From contig JAJYCT010000001.1 in NCBI GenBank assembly GCA_021778125.1, forward strand, positions 1-54,824: a DNA stretch of 54,824 bases. Reading direction: 5' to 3'. The DNA comes from Myxococcales bacterium (GTDB lineage Bacteria > Myxococcota_A > Polyangia > Polyangiales > Polyangiaceae). Under the pieces are notes generated by a model. The model searched no databases. It worked only from the letters and a program-made list of their open reading frames with translations, and was not told where the DNA came from. This document shows, in pieces, positions 17,388 to 24,920 of this stretch. Every line of letters begins with the position of its first letter. Within the stretch, counting starts at the first letter, position 1. The translations under genes were made by a program, and so were the position numbers.

Positions 17388-18254
17388 CTAGACGCGGCCG
17401 ATGACCTTGACGATGGTCGTGAAGCCGCCGAAGCGGACACGGTCGCCGTCGCGGAGCTCGCGCCGCCCGTTGAACCCGATGTGCTCGTCGTTGACGAACG
17501 TACCGTTGGTCGAGCCGGTGTCCTCGACCGAGATCCCGCCGCTCGACGCGTCGACCACGAGGGCCGCGTGGCGCGACGAGATCGTGGGATCCTGGATGGA
17601 AAGGTCGATGCCGTCGCTCGGCGTGAGGCGCCCGACCGTCAGCCGACCGCCCGTCAGGGGCCAGAAGTCGCCGCTCGGGTTCGCGCCGTACGCGACGAGG
17701 AAGCCCCGCACGATCTTCGGCGGGACCGACGTGTCGGTGGCGCCGGGCGGGGCGTACGCGGGGGGGGGCGCGCCGAAGCCGCCCTGCGGGGAAGGAGCGG
17801 GGGCGTACCCCGGCTGCGGGGGCGCGCCGAAGGGAGCCGGCGGGGCGCCGAACTGCCCACCCTGCGGCGGCGGAAAGCCCGGCTGCGGAGGCGGCGCGCC
17901 GAACGCGGACGCCGGCGGAGGGACGCCGTACGGGCTCGCCGGAGGCTGCGGGGCCCCATAGCCCGGCGGCGCGCCGAACTGCATCTGGTCCATCGCGATC
18001 GGGTGGCCCTGCGCGCAGTAGCTCGCGCCGGGCGCAATCTCGTGGCCCATCTGGCAACGGGGGCCAGCGGGGGCACCGGGCGCGGCGCCGTAGCCGGGGG
18101 GGGCGAAGCCCCCCTGTGCCGGCGGTGCGTAGGCGGGCTGGCCGTACCCGCCGCCCGGCGCCGCGGGGGGAGCGGCCGCCAGGGGCGTCCCGCACACGTT
18201 GCAGAACTTGTCGGTCGGTTTGGCCACGGTGCCGCACTGTGCGCATGCGCTCAT
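17388..18254 (-). CDS. zinc-ribbon / Pro-Gly-Tyr-rich / FHA-domain protein (288 aa)
   Basis: N-terminal CAQCG-N10-CNVCG. About 170 aa of GYGQPAYAPPAQGGFAPPGYGAAPGAP-type low complexity. C-terminal FHA (LTVGRL ... ISSRHAALVVD ... VEDTGSTNGTFVN). Confidence 0.88.
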   Translation of the reverse strand: MSACAQCGTVAKPTDKFCNVCGTPLAAAPPAAPGGGYGQPAYAPPAQGGFAPPGYGAAPGAPAGPRCQMGHEIAPGASYCAQGHPIAMDQMQFGAPPGYGAPQPPASPYGVPPPASAFGAPPPQPGFPPPQGGQFGAPPAPFGAPPQPGYAPAPSPQGGFGAPPPAYAPPGATDTSVPPKIVRGFLVAYGANPSGDFWPLTGGRLTVGRLTPSDGIDLSIQDPTISSRHAALVVDASSGGISVEDTGSTNGTFVNDEHIGFNGRRELRDGDRVRFGGFTTIVKVIGRV

Positions 18255-18317
18255 GGGATCGCCCTTGGTCGCCTTCTGCGCGCCGCACGTGGCGCGCAGG
18301 GGGCAGCATATCGAAAG

Positions 18318-18335
18318 TCGCCCGGAAAGGGGCGA
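18318..18335 (-). terminator. weak terminator-like hairpin after larC (TCGCCC-loop-GGGCGA followed by CTTTCGATAT on the minus strand)
   Basis: A 6-bp GC stem seen directly, 10 nt past the larC stop, with a partially T-rich tail. It may uncouple larBC from the FHA operon. Confidence 0.25.
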
Positions 18336-18344
18336 TCGACGCGC

Positions 18345-19691
18345 CTACCGCCCCGTGGCGGCCGCAGCCAGCGCCGCACGGACGACCTCGCGGACGGGCA
18401 CGCCGTGGGCTCGCGCCGCGGCGGCGCAGGCGTCGAACTCCGGCTTGACCTGCGCCGGCCCGAACGGCCCCTCGGCCACCTTCACGGGGATGGTGCCGTA
18501 CGGCGTGTCGACCTGGATCATGCGGCGCGGCCGCTCCGCGCGCGTGACGTCGACGCGCCGCACGCCGAGCGACGAGGTCTCGCGCAGCAGCGCGTGCGCC
18601 ACCGCCTCGGCCCGCTCGACCGGAGCGAGCGCCGAGATCGTCAGCGCCGGGCGCCCCTTCTTCATGGTGATCGGCGTGGCCCACGCGTCGAGCGCGCCGG
18701 CGGCGAGGAGCGCCTCGATCCAGGCCGCGGCGAGCTCGCCGGTCGCGTCATCCACGTTCGCCTCGAGCACCGAGTGCGTCGCGGCGCCTTCGAGGCCCCG
18801 CCCCGCGGCGGTCGTGGCGCCGAGCACCGCGCGGAGCACGTTCGGCCGATCGGCCAGGTCGGCCGTCCCGGCGCCCCACCCGACGCGCTCGGGGGACATC
18901 GCGGGCCAGCGCGCGCTCCCCGAGGCCTGCGCGCCGACGATGGCCGCGCCGGTGGGCGTGACCAGCTCGAACTCGATCCCTGCGTCGTACGTGGGCAGCC
19001 CGACGAGGCACTCGACGACCGCCGGCGGCGGCAGCGGCAGCGTGCCGTGTGCCGCCTTCGTGTAGCCCCGTCCCATCGGCAACGGCGACACGACCAGCTC
19101 CGCGCCCAGGTGCTCGAGCGCCGCGGCGCTTCCGACCACGTCGACGACGGCGTCGACCGCGCCGACCTCGTGGAAGTGCACGTCGTCGATCGCCGTGCGG
19201 TGCACCTTGGCCTCCGCCACGGCGAGCCTGTGGAACGTGCGCTGGGCGCGCGCCTTGACGCCCTCGGGCAGCGGCGCCGCGTCGAGCATCGCGCGGATCG
19301 CCCCGTACGTCCGCTGCGGCTGCGCGCCCTCGACGTGCACGTCGAACGACGACGCGACGATCCCGCTGCGCACCCGCGTCCCGAAGTGCACGTGGTAGCC
19401 GCGCAGGGGCAGGGCCTCGAGCGCTTCCTCGACGGCGCGCGCCGGGACGCCCAGATCGACGAGCGCGGCGATGATCATGTCCCCGGCGAGCCCGCTCGGC
19501 GCGTCGAGGAAGAGCACCTTGCCGCGTCCGGCGCCGCGGATCAGGTCGTGCGCCGGGCCGCGCCCGCTCTCCGCGCCGTGGGCGTGCGCCGGGTGCGCGT
19601 CGGCGTGCTCGCGAGCGTGCTCGTGACCCGGGTGGGCATGGCCATGCCCGTCCCCTCCGTGGTCGTGTCCGTCGTGCGCGTCGTGCCCCAT
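18345..19691 (-). CDS. larC: nickel-pincer cofactor biosynthesis protein LarC (DUF111 nickel insertion protein) with His-rich N-terminal extension
   Basis: [58 protein letters not shown] and TMKKGRPA match the LarC/DUF111 family. The first 39 residues contain 13 His. Confidence 0.85.
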   Translation of the reverse strand: MGHDAHDGHDHGGDGHGHAHPGHEHAREHADAHPAHAHGAESGRGPAHDLIRGAGRGKVLFLDAPSGLAGDMIIAALVDLGVPARAVEEALEALPLRGYHVHFGTRVRSGIVASSFDVHVEGAQPQRTYGAIRAMLDAAPLPEGVKARAQRTFHRLAVAEAKVHRTAIDDVHFHEVGAVDAVVDVVGSAAALEHLGAELVVSPLPMGRGYTKAAHGTLPLPPPAVVECLVGLPTYDAGIEFELVTPTGAAIVGAQASGSARWPAMSPERVGWGAGTADLADRPNVLRAVLGATTAAGRGLEGAATHSVLEANVDDATGELAAAWIEALLAAGALDAWATPITMKKGRPALTISALAPVERAEAVAHALLRETSSLGVRRVDVTRAERPRRMIQVDTPYGTIPVKVAEGPFGPAQVKPEFDACAAAARAHGVPVREVVRAALAAAATGR

Positions 19692-19700
19692 CCGTCGCCC

Positions 19701-20462
19701 TCAGTACTGCTCGCGCGTCCGCAGGATGCGGGCCGCGGCGTACGCCGCGCCGAAGCCGTTGTCGATGTTGCACACGACCACGCCCGAAGCGCAGCTCGAG
19801 AGCATCCCGGCGAGCGCGGCGAAGCCGCCGAAGCTCACGCCGTAGCCGACCGACGTCGGCACGGCGATGATCGGACCGGACACCATCCCGCCCACCACGC
19901 TCGGCAGGGCTCCCTCCATGCCCGCGACCACGATGACGACGCTGGTGCGCTCGAAGACCTCGCGCTTGTGCAGCAGGCGGTGGATGCCCGCGACGCCGAC
20001 GTCGTAGACCCGCTCCACGCTCGCGCCGAGCATGCGCAGCGTCTCGGCGCACTCCTCGGCCACGGGCAGGTCGCTCGTCCCGGCGCTCACGAGCGCCACC
20101 GGGCGCGTCCCCAGCGGGGGGATCGGCGCCTGCTCGAGCGTCGCGGTGCGCGACAGCTCGTGGAACGTCATGGCGGGGACCGCCGCGCGCACGGCCTGCG
20201 CCTTGTCGGCGTCGAGCCGGGTGACGAGCACGTTGTCCCCGGCGCGCGCGAGCTCGCGCGCGATCCCGGCGATCTGTTCGGCCGTCTTGCCGTGGCCCAG
20301 GATGACCTCGGGCGCGCCGTGGCGCAGCGCCCGGTGGTGGTCGACCGCCGCGTAGCCGAGGTCGGCGTACGGCAGATCCTTGAGCTCGCGCAGCGCCGCC
20401 TCGACGCCGGTGGCGCCGCTCTGGACGCCCTCGAGGAGCTCGCGCAGGCGCTTGGCATCCAT
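19701..20462 (-). CDS. larB: nickel-pincer cofactor biosynthesis protein LarB (AIR-carboxylase-like)
   Basis: From ATG 20462 (253 aa): [43 protein letters not shown] and [34 protein letters not shown] are typical of the LarB/PurE-like family. 9 nt upstream of larC. Confidence 0.85.
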   Translation of the reverse strand: MDAKRLRELLEGVQSGATGVEAALRELKDLPYADLGYAAVDHHRALRHGAPEVILGHGKTAEQIAGIARELARAGDNVLVTRLDADKAQAVRAAVPAMTFHELSRTATLEQAPIPPLGTRPVALVSAGTSDLPVAEECAETLRMLGASVERVYDVGVAGIHRLLHKREVFERTSVVIVVAGMEGALPSVVGGMVSGPIIAVPTSVGYGVSFGGFAALAGMLSSCASGVVVCNIDNGFGAAYAAARILRTREQY

Positions 20463-20526
20463 GGGCGGCGCGAGCCTAGCACCGGGTGCGCGCGCGTCGA
20501 CGTGGCGCCTCGCCGGGCGCAAACCG

Positions 20527-21102
20527 GTGTACCCTGCGCGCGCCTTGCCAATCGCCTTCGCTCCTCTGCTCGGCCTCGCCCTCGGCGCGGCGCTCGCCTG
20601 GGTCGCCGCGCCCGAGCTCGTCCGCATCGACGGCCCCGTCATCGCCTGTCGTCCGTTCGCGGTCGTCGCGGGCTTCGCGGGGCTCGTGTGGCTGCCGGTC
20701 GTCGGCTACTTCGTCGCCTTCCACGGCGACTGGTCGTACCTGTACGCCGTCGCGTGGCAGCGCGTGCCGAGCGCCGTCGATCTCGGCCTGGTGCTGCTCG
20801 CGGGAGCGGCCCTCGTCGGCGGCTTCTGGCTGGCGGTGCGCCCGGTGCGGACGCGTCGCTCCGGCCCGGTCGTCGCGCTCGTCGTCGCCCCCGCGGCCCT
20901 CGCGGCGATCGGCCTCGTCCTCGCCGCCCATCGCCTCGGCGTGAGCGGCACGTACGCCCAGTTCCACGGCGACTTCGGCACGGAGCCCATCGGTTCGAGC
21001 GTCCTCGGCAAGGGCGTGCTCGTCATGGATGGGCTGCTCGCGCTCGGGGTTGGCTGGACCGTACGGGCGCTGCTGCGGATGGCCGCCGAGGCCCGCCGCT
21101 GA
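20527..21102 (+). CDS. hypothetical polytopic membrane protein
   Basis: High GC3. Five hydrophobic helices (e.g. PIAFAPLLGLALGAALAWVAA, FAVVAGFAGLVWLPVVGYFVAF, LGLVLLAGAALVGGFWLAV, VVALVVAPAALAAIGLVLAA, GVLVMDGLLALGVGWTV). The start is uncertain: GTG 20527 is preferred, while ATG 20461 would overlap the larB start. Confidence 0.55.
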   Translation: MYPARALPIAFAPLLGLALGAALAWVAAPELVRIDGPVIACRPFAVVAGFAGLVWLPVVGYFVAFHGDWSYLYAVAWQRVPSAVDLGLVLLAGAALVGGFWLAVRPVRTRRSGPVVALVVAPAALAAIGLVLAAHRLGVSGTYAQFHGDFGTEPIGSSVLGKGVLVMDGLLALGVGWTVRALLRMAAEARR

Positions 21103-21149
21103 CCTCCGCGCCGGTCCGCATATCCCCGCGGGTCTGCTAACATCGAGCC

Positions 21150-21758
21150 ATGTGGGCCAGAGGCGCGGCGATCCGTCCCGTACCTCGCTATGCCGTCGTC
21201 GAGCGGGCCACGCTCGACGCGATCGAGCGGGAGCTCGCCGACGACTCTCCCCGCGCGCGCGGGGAGCTCGACGGCGCGTTCTGCCGCTTCGAGGCCACGC
21301 AGCCCCACCTCGCCGACTCGATCTCGCAGGTGCTCGCGCGCCCGCTCGACGAGACCGCCCTCGCGCTCGGCTACTTCCTGTCGATCGCCGTGTGGCTCGC
21401 CTTCGAGCGCACGTTCGGGGACCGCCGCCTGCGCGAGGTCTCGTCCGACGCGCTCAAGGCCACCGCCGACGCGATCGCCCTCGAGGAGGAGCTGCGCGCG
21501 CAGAGCGGGGCCGAGCCGTTCGATCTGGACGACGTCGTGTCCCACGAGCAGCCGCACGTGCTGTCGTTCGTGAACGAGCACATCGCCGCGGCCCTCGAGC
21601 CCGCGGACGCCGCCGACGCCGGCCGCGAGTCGCGCGACATCGACGTCGACGACGTGCACGCGGTCTACCGCGCCACGGTGCTGCTCACCCTCTGCCTCTC
21701 GCACGTCGTCATCCCCGTCGGCGACGCGCCGCGCGGGCACGACGAGCTCCTCGCATGA
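21150..21758 (+). CDS. hypothetical acidic protein (202 aa)
   Basis: Consistently high GC3 and a balanced amino-acid composition. The antisense 359-aa ORF is Arg-rich shadow. No family recognised. Confidence 0.6.
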   Translation: MWARGAAIRPVPRYAVVERATLDAIERELADDSPRARGELDGAFCRFEATQPHLADSISQVLARPLDETALALGYFLSIAVWLAFERTFGDRRLREVSSDALKATADAIALEEELRAQSGAEPFDLDDVVSHEQPHVLSFVNEHIAAALEPADAADAGRESRDIDVDDVHAVYRATVLLTLCLSHVVIPVGDAPRGHDELLA

Positions 21759-21796
21759 CTTGACCGCGCGAGGGCGGGCGGGCATGGGTCGAGGAC

Positions 21797-22837
21797 ATGA
21801 AGACCGAAGCCGTCGTCCTGCGCGCGCACGGGGGCCCCGAGGTCCTGGTGCGAGAGACGATCGACCTGCCCGAGCCCGGGCCGCGCGAGGTCCGCGTCCG
21901 CGTGCGCGCTGTGGCCCTCAATCACCTCGACGTCTGGGTGCGGCGCGGCCTGCCGAACCTCACGCTCGAGTATCCGCACCGGCTCGGCAGCGACATCGTC
22001 GGCGAGGTCGACGCGCTCGGACCCGGCGCGCGCACGTCGCTGGCGGCGGGCGCTCGCGTGGTCGTGAGCCCGGGGACCTCGTGCGGCGTCTGCGAGCGGT
22101 GCCTCGCCGGCGAGGACAATCTCTGCAGGCGCTACGCGATCCTCGGCGAGCACGTGAGCGGCGGCTACGCCCGACACGTCGTCGTGCCCGACACGAACCT
22201 CTTGCCGTACCCCGGCGAGCTTCCCTTCGCGCAGGCCGCGGCCGTCCCGCTCGCCTTCCTTACGGCGTGGCAGATGGTGGTCACCAAGGGGCGCGTCCGG
22301 CCCGGGCAGACCGTCCGCACGCAGGCGGCCGGCAGCGGCGTGTCGTCGGCGGCGATCCAGATCGCGCGGCTGCACGGCGCCCGCGTCCTCGCCACCACCG
22401 GCACCGACGCGAAGGCCGCCCGCGCCCGGGCGCTCGGCGCCCACGAGGTGATCAACTACGCCACGCAGGACTTCGTCGCCGAGGTCAAGCGCCTCACGAG
22501 CCGGCGCGGCGCCGACCTCGTGATCGATCACGTGGGGGGCGACGTGCTCGCCCGCAGCGTCCTGGCCGCCGCGGCCGGCGGCCGCGTCGTGACGTGCGGG
22601 GCCACGGCGGGCTTCACGGCGAGCGTCGACCTGCGCCACGTCTTCTTCCGGCAGATCGAGCTGCTCGGCTCGACGATGGGGTCGAAGGGGTCGATGTTCG
22701 GCATCCTCGAGCACGTCCGCGCCGGGCGGCTCGTGCCCGTCGTCGACCGCGTGATGCCGCTCTGGGACGCGCGCGAGGCGCACCGCGTGCTTGAGGCGCG
22801 CGAGGCGTTCGGCAAGGTCGTGCTCGAGGTGGACTGA
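21797..22837 (+). CDS. zinc-type medium-chain dehydrogenase/reductase (alcohol dehydrogenase / quinone oxidoreductase family)
   Basis: GPREVRVRVRAVALNHLD, structural-zinc Cys cluster CGVCERCLAGEDNLC, nucleotide-binding TQAAGSGVSSAAIQIA, and C-terminal GKVVLEV. Confidence 0.85.
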   Translation: MKTEAVVLRAHGGPEVLVRETIDLPEPGPREVRVRVRAVALNHLDVWVRRGLPNLTLEYPHRLGSDIVGEVDALGPGARTSLAAGARVVVSPGTSCGVCERCLAGEDNLCRRYAILGEHVSGGYARHVVVPDTNLLPYPGELPFAQAAAVPLAFLTAWQMVVTKGRVRPGQTVRTQAAGSGVSSAAIQIARLHGARVLATTGTDAKAARARALGAHEVINYATQDFVAEVKRLTSRRGADLVIDHVGGDVLARSVLAAAAGGRVVTCGATAGFTASVDLRHVFFRQIELLGSTMGSKGSMFGILEHVRAGRLVPVVDRVMPLWDAREAHRVLEAREAFGKVVLEVD

Positions 22838-22855
22838 CCGCGCGGCCCTCCGCGC

Positions 22856-24262
22856 TCAGGGCGGGCAGTTCGAGCGCTGCGTCAGCATCAGCGGCTCGAC
22901 CGGCGCCTGGTTCCAGTCGAACATGTCCATCAGATCGTTGGCCTGCTTGTCCTGCGCCGCCGGATCGAGGTCGGCCAGGAACTGGGTCGCGTGGAAGTTC
23001 TCGAGGATGAACTTCACGATCGACGCCTGCTCGGCGACGTTCTTGTAGACGCCCGGCTTGACGTAGGGGCTCATCACGACGAGCGGGAGGCGGAAGCCCA
23101 GGCCGTACGGCGTGGCCGGGTCGCACCCGTACTGGCGCGGCGGTGGCACGTGGTCGTACCAGCCGCCGAAGTCGTCCATCGTGAAGAAGATGACGGTGTC
23201 CTTCCAGAGGGGGCTCTGCATCAGGTTGTTCAGGTGCCCCACGGTCCAGTTCTCGCCCTGGCACACGCCGCCGATCGTGGGGTGCTCGTCGCTGAAGTCC
23301 TGATCGACGAGCCAGGTGACCGCCGGCAGCTTGCCCGACTGCACGTCGCCGTCGAACTGCGTCACATTGACGACGTTGTTCCAGAGCGACGTCTGCCGCA
23401 CCGGCTTGATCGCGTCGAACATCGACCAGATCTCCGGCAAGAGGTAGTAGTCGCTCCCGTAGAAGCGCCAGTCGGTGCCCGCGGGCAGGAGCGTGGGGAC
23501 GCTCGGGATGTCGAAGCACGGCGCGACGTTCTGGGTCGTGCACGTGCCGTGGTCGAGGACGGGCACCGTGTACTGCGCGGCCTCGTCGCAGCCCCAGTAG
23601 GGGTTGAGCAGCGAGAGGCCGGGGTTGTCGGTGGCCCAGCCGGCCTGCGCCGCAAGCACGAACGCGTGGCCCGGGAAGCTCGGGCCGAGCACGTCGGCGA
23701 AGAAGTGATCGGCCAGCGCGTACTTGCGCGCGTAGGCCCAGTAGTTCGGGATGTCGCTCTCCTGGTACTGCGCGCAGAATAGGTTGTCGCCGTTCTGGCT
23801 CGCGCCCGAGACCGACAGCCACCCGTCCATCTTGCCCCCGTCCCAGTCGCCGAGCGCGCACGAGTGCTGGTGGCACAGATCGCGCGGGGTGCTGTTGGGC
23901 GCGTGCGGCGCGGGGATCGCGCCCGAGGTGGTCTGGCACGTCGTCGACCCCTCGGCGCCGGGGAACGTGCCGAAGTAGTTGTCGAACGTGTGGTTTTCCT
24001 TCACGACGACGACGACGTGCTTGATCGGCGTCATCGTCGACACGGGCCCGTCGTGCGCGGCGTCGAGCGCCGCGTCGACCGGGGCGCTGCTCGACGCGTC
24101 GACGCCGGGCGCAGCGTCGTACGACGTGGACGCGTCGCTTCCGCTCCCGGGGCCTCCGCCGGGGCCGCCCGGCCCGTCCGCGCCGCCGTTGCTTCCGCAC
24201 GCGGCCGGGCCGAGGATCACGGGAACGGCGAGGAAGAAGGACCAGGCTAGGGGCCGCCGCAT
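22856..24262 (-). CDS. secreted phosphoesterase-family lipoprotein (phospholipase C / AcpA acid phosphatase family)
   Basis: Lipobox in MRRPLAWSFFLAVPVILGPAACG. IKHVVVVVKENHTFDNYFGTFPG is the family signature, and FGGWYDHVPPP lies near the C-terminus. ATG 24262 is preferred over the tracked 24301. Confidence 0.82.
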   Translation of the reverse strand: MRRPLAWSFFLAVPVILGPAACGSNGGADGPGGPGGGPGSGSDASTSYDAAPGVDASSSAPVDAALDAAHDGPVSTMTPIKHVVVVVKENHTFDNYFGTFPGAEGSTTCQTTSGAIPAPHAPNSTPRDLCHQHSCALGDWDGGKMDGWLSVSGASQNGDNLFCAQYQESDIPNYWAYARKYALADHFFADVLGPSFPGHAFVLAAQAGWATDNPGLSLLNPYWGCDEAAQYTVPVLDHGTCTTQNVAPCFDIPSVPTLLPAGTDWRFYGSDYYLLPEIWSMFDAIKPVRQTSLWNNVVNVTQFDGDVQSGKLPAVTWLVDQDFSDEHPTIGGVCQGENWTVGHLNNLMQSPLWKDTVIFFTMDDFGGWYDHVPPPRQYGCDPATPYGLGFRLPLVVMSPYVKPGVYKNVAEQASIVKFILENFHATQFLADLDPAAQDKQANDLMDMFDWNQAPVEPLMLTQRSNCPP

Positions 24263-24358
24263 TGCGGCACACATTCTGCGAACGCCGAACGGCGGAGCCA
24301 TGCAAATGCGCTCCCGAGACTCGTCCGGGACGACCGCGCGCTCCCCGCGATCTGGCCG

Positions 24359-24814
24359 TCAGGCCACCGCCGCGCTCGCCTCGATCGTCGCGTCGTACAG
24401 CGCGGCGATCGCCTCGCCGAGCTCGCGCATCGCCGCCCCGCCGAGCGCCCGCTCGAGGAGCGGGAAGATGCGGCCCTCGTCGTCGGCCGCGTGCCGGTCG
24501 ACCAGGACGCGAAGCTCGGCGATCACGCGATCGAAGTCGTCCCCGTCGAGCGAGGCCGACAGGGCCCGACGCAGCGTCTCTCGTTCCCTCTCGCACGCCG
24601 CCCGGCCCTGGACGACCACGTCCTGCTCGCACAGCGCCGCGCTCGCGGCCGGGTAGAAGACCTCCTCCTCCACGGCGATGTGCGCGACGAGATCGCTCGC
24701 GAGCTGGGGCAGCAGCGAGGCGCGCATGCCCGCGCTCCCGCGCTCGACCGCGTCGAAGAGCACTTCGAGGTTGCGGTGCTGGTGCTCGAGCAGCGTCGTC
24801 GCCTTCATGGTCAC
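24359..24814 (-). CDS. hemerythrin-domain protein
   Basis: 151 aa. LLEHQHRNLEVLFD, HIAVEEEVFYP and HAADDEGRIFP are the His/Glu helices typical of hemerythrin HHE cation-binding domains. Confidence 0.75.
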   Translation of the reverse strand: MTMKATTLLEHQHRNLEVLFDAVERGSAGMRASLLPQLASDLVAHIAVEEEVFYPAASAALCEQDVVVQGRAACERERETLRRALSASLDGDDFDRVIAELRVLVDRHAADDEGRIFPLLERALGGAAMRELGEAIAALYDATIEASAAVA

Positions 24815-24920
24815 CCCCCCGGGGGGATCCGATCGTGGCCACGCGCGGCGCCCGCCGCAATCGTCGGGCGGTGACTTTCTCGCGACGAGCGCGCTTCGTT
24901 GCGCCGCGTCATGCCGTGCG

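Noticed and set aside
11757-18254. Whether the FHA/PP2C/VWA genes belong to a type VI secretion threonine-phosphorylation module
   Set aside because: No T6SS structural genes (TssB/C, Hcp, VgrG, TssM etc.) and no PpkA-type kinase are in the window, so I did not label it T6SS-associated.
15801-21140. 1779-aa plus-strand ORF, the second-longest in the track
   Set aside because: It runs antisense through five well-supported minus-strand genes (VWA-FHA, FHA, larC, larB). Its product is Arg/Gly/Ala/Asp-rich with no motifs. This is a typical shadow ORF of ~70% GC DNA.
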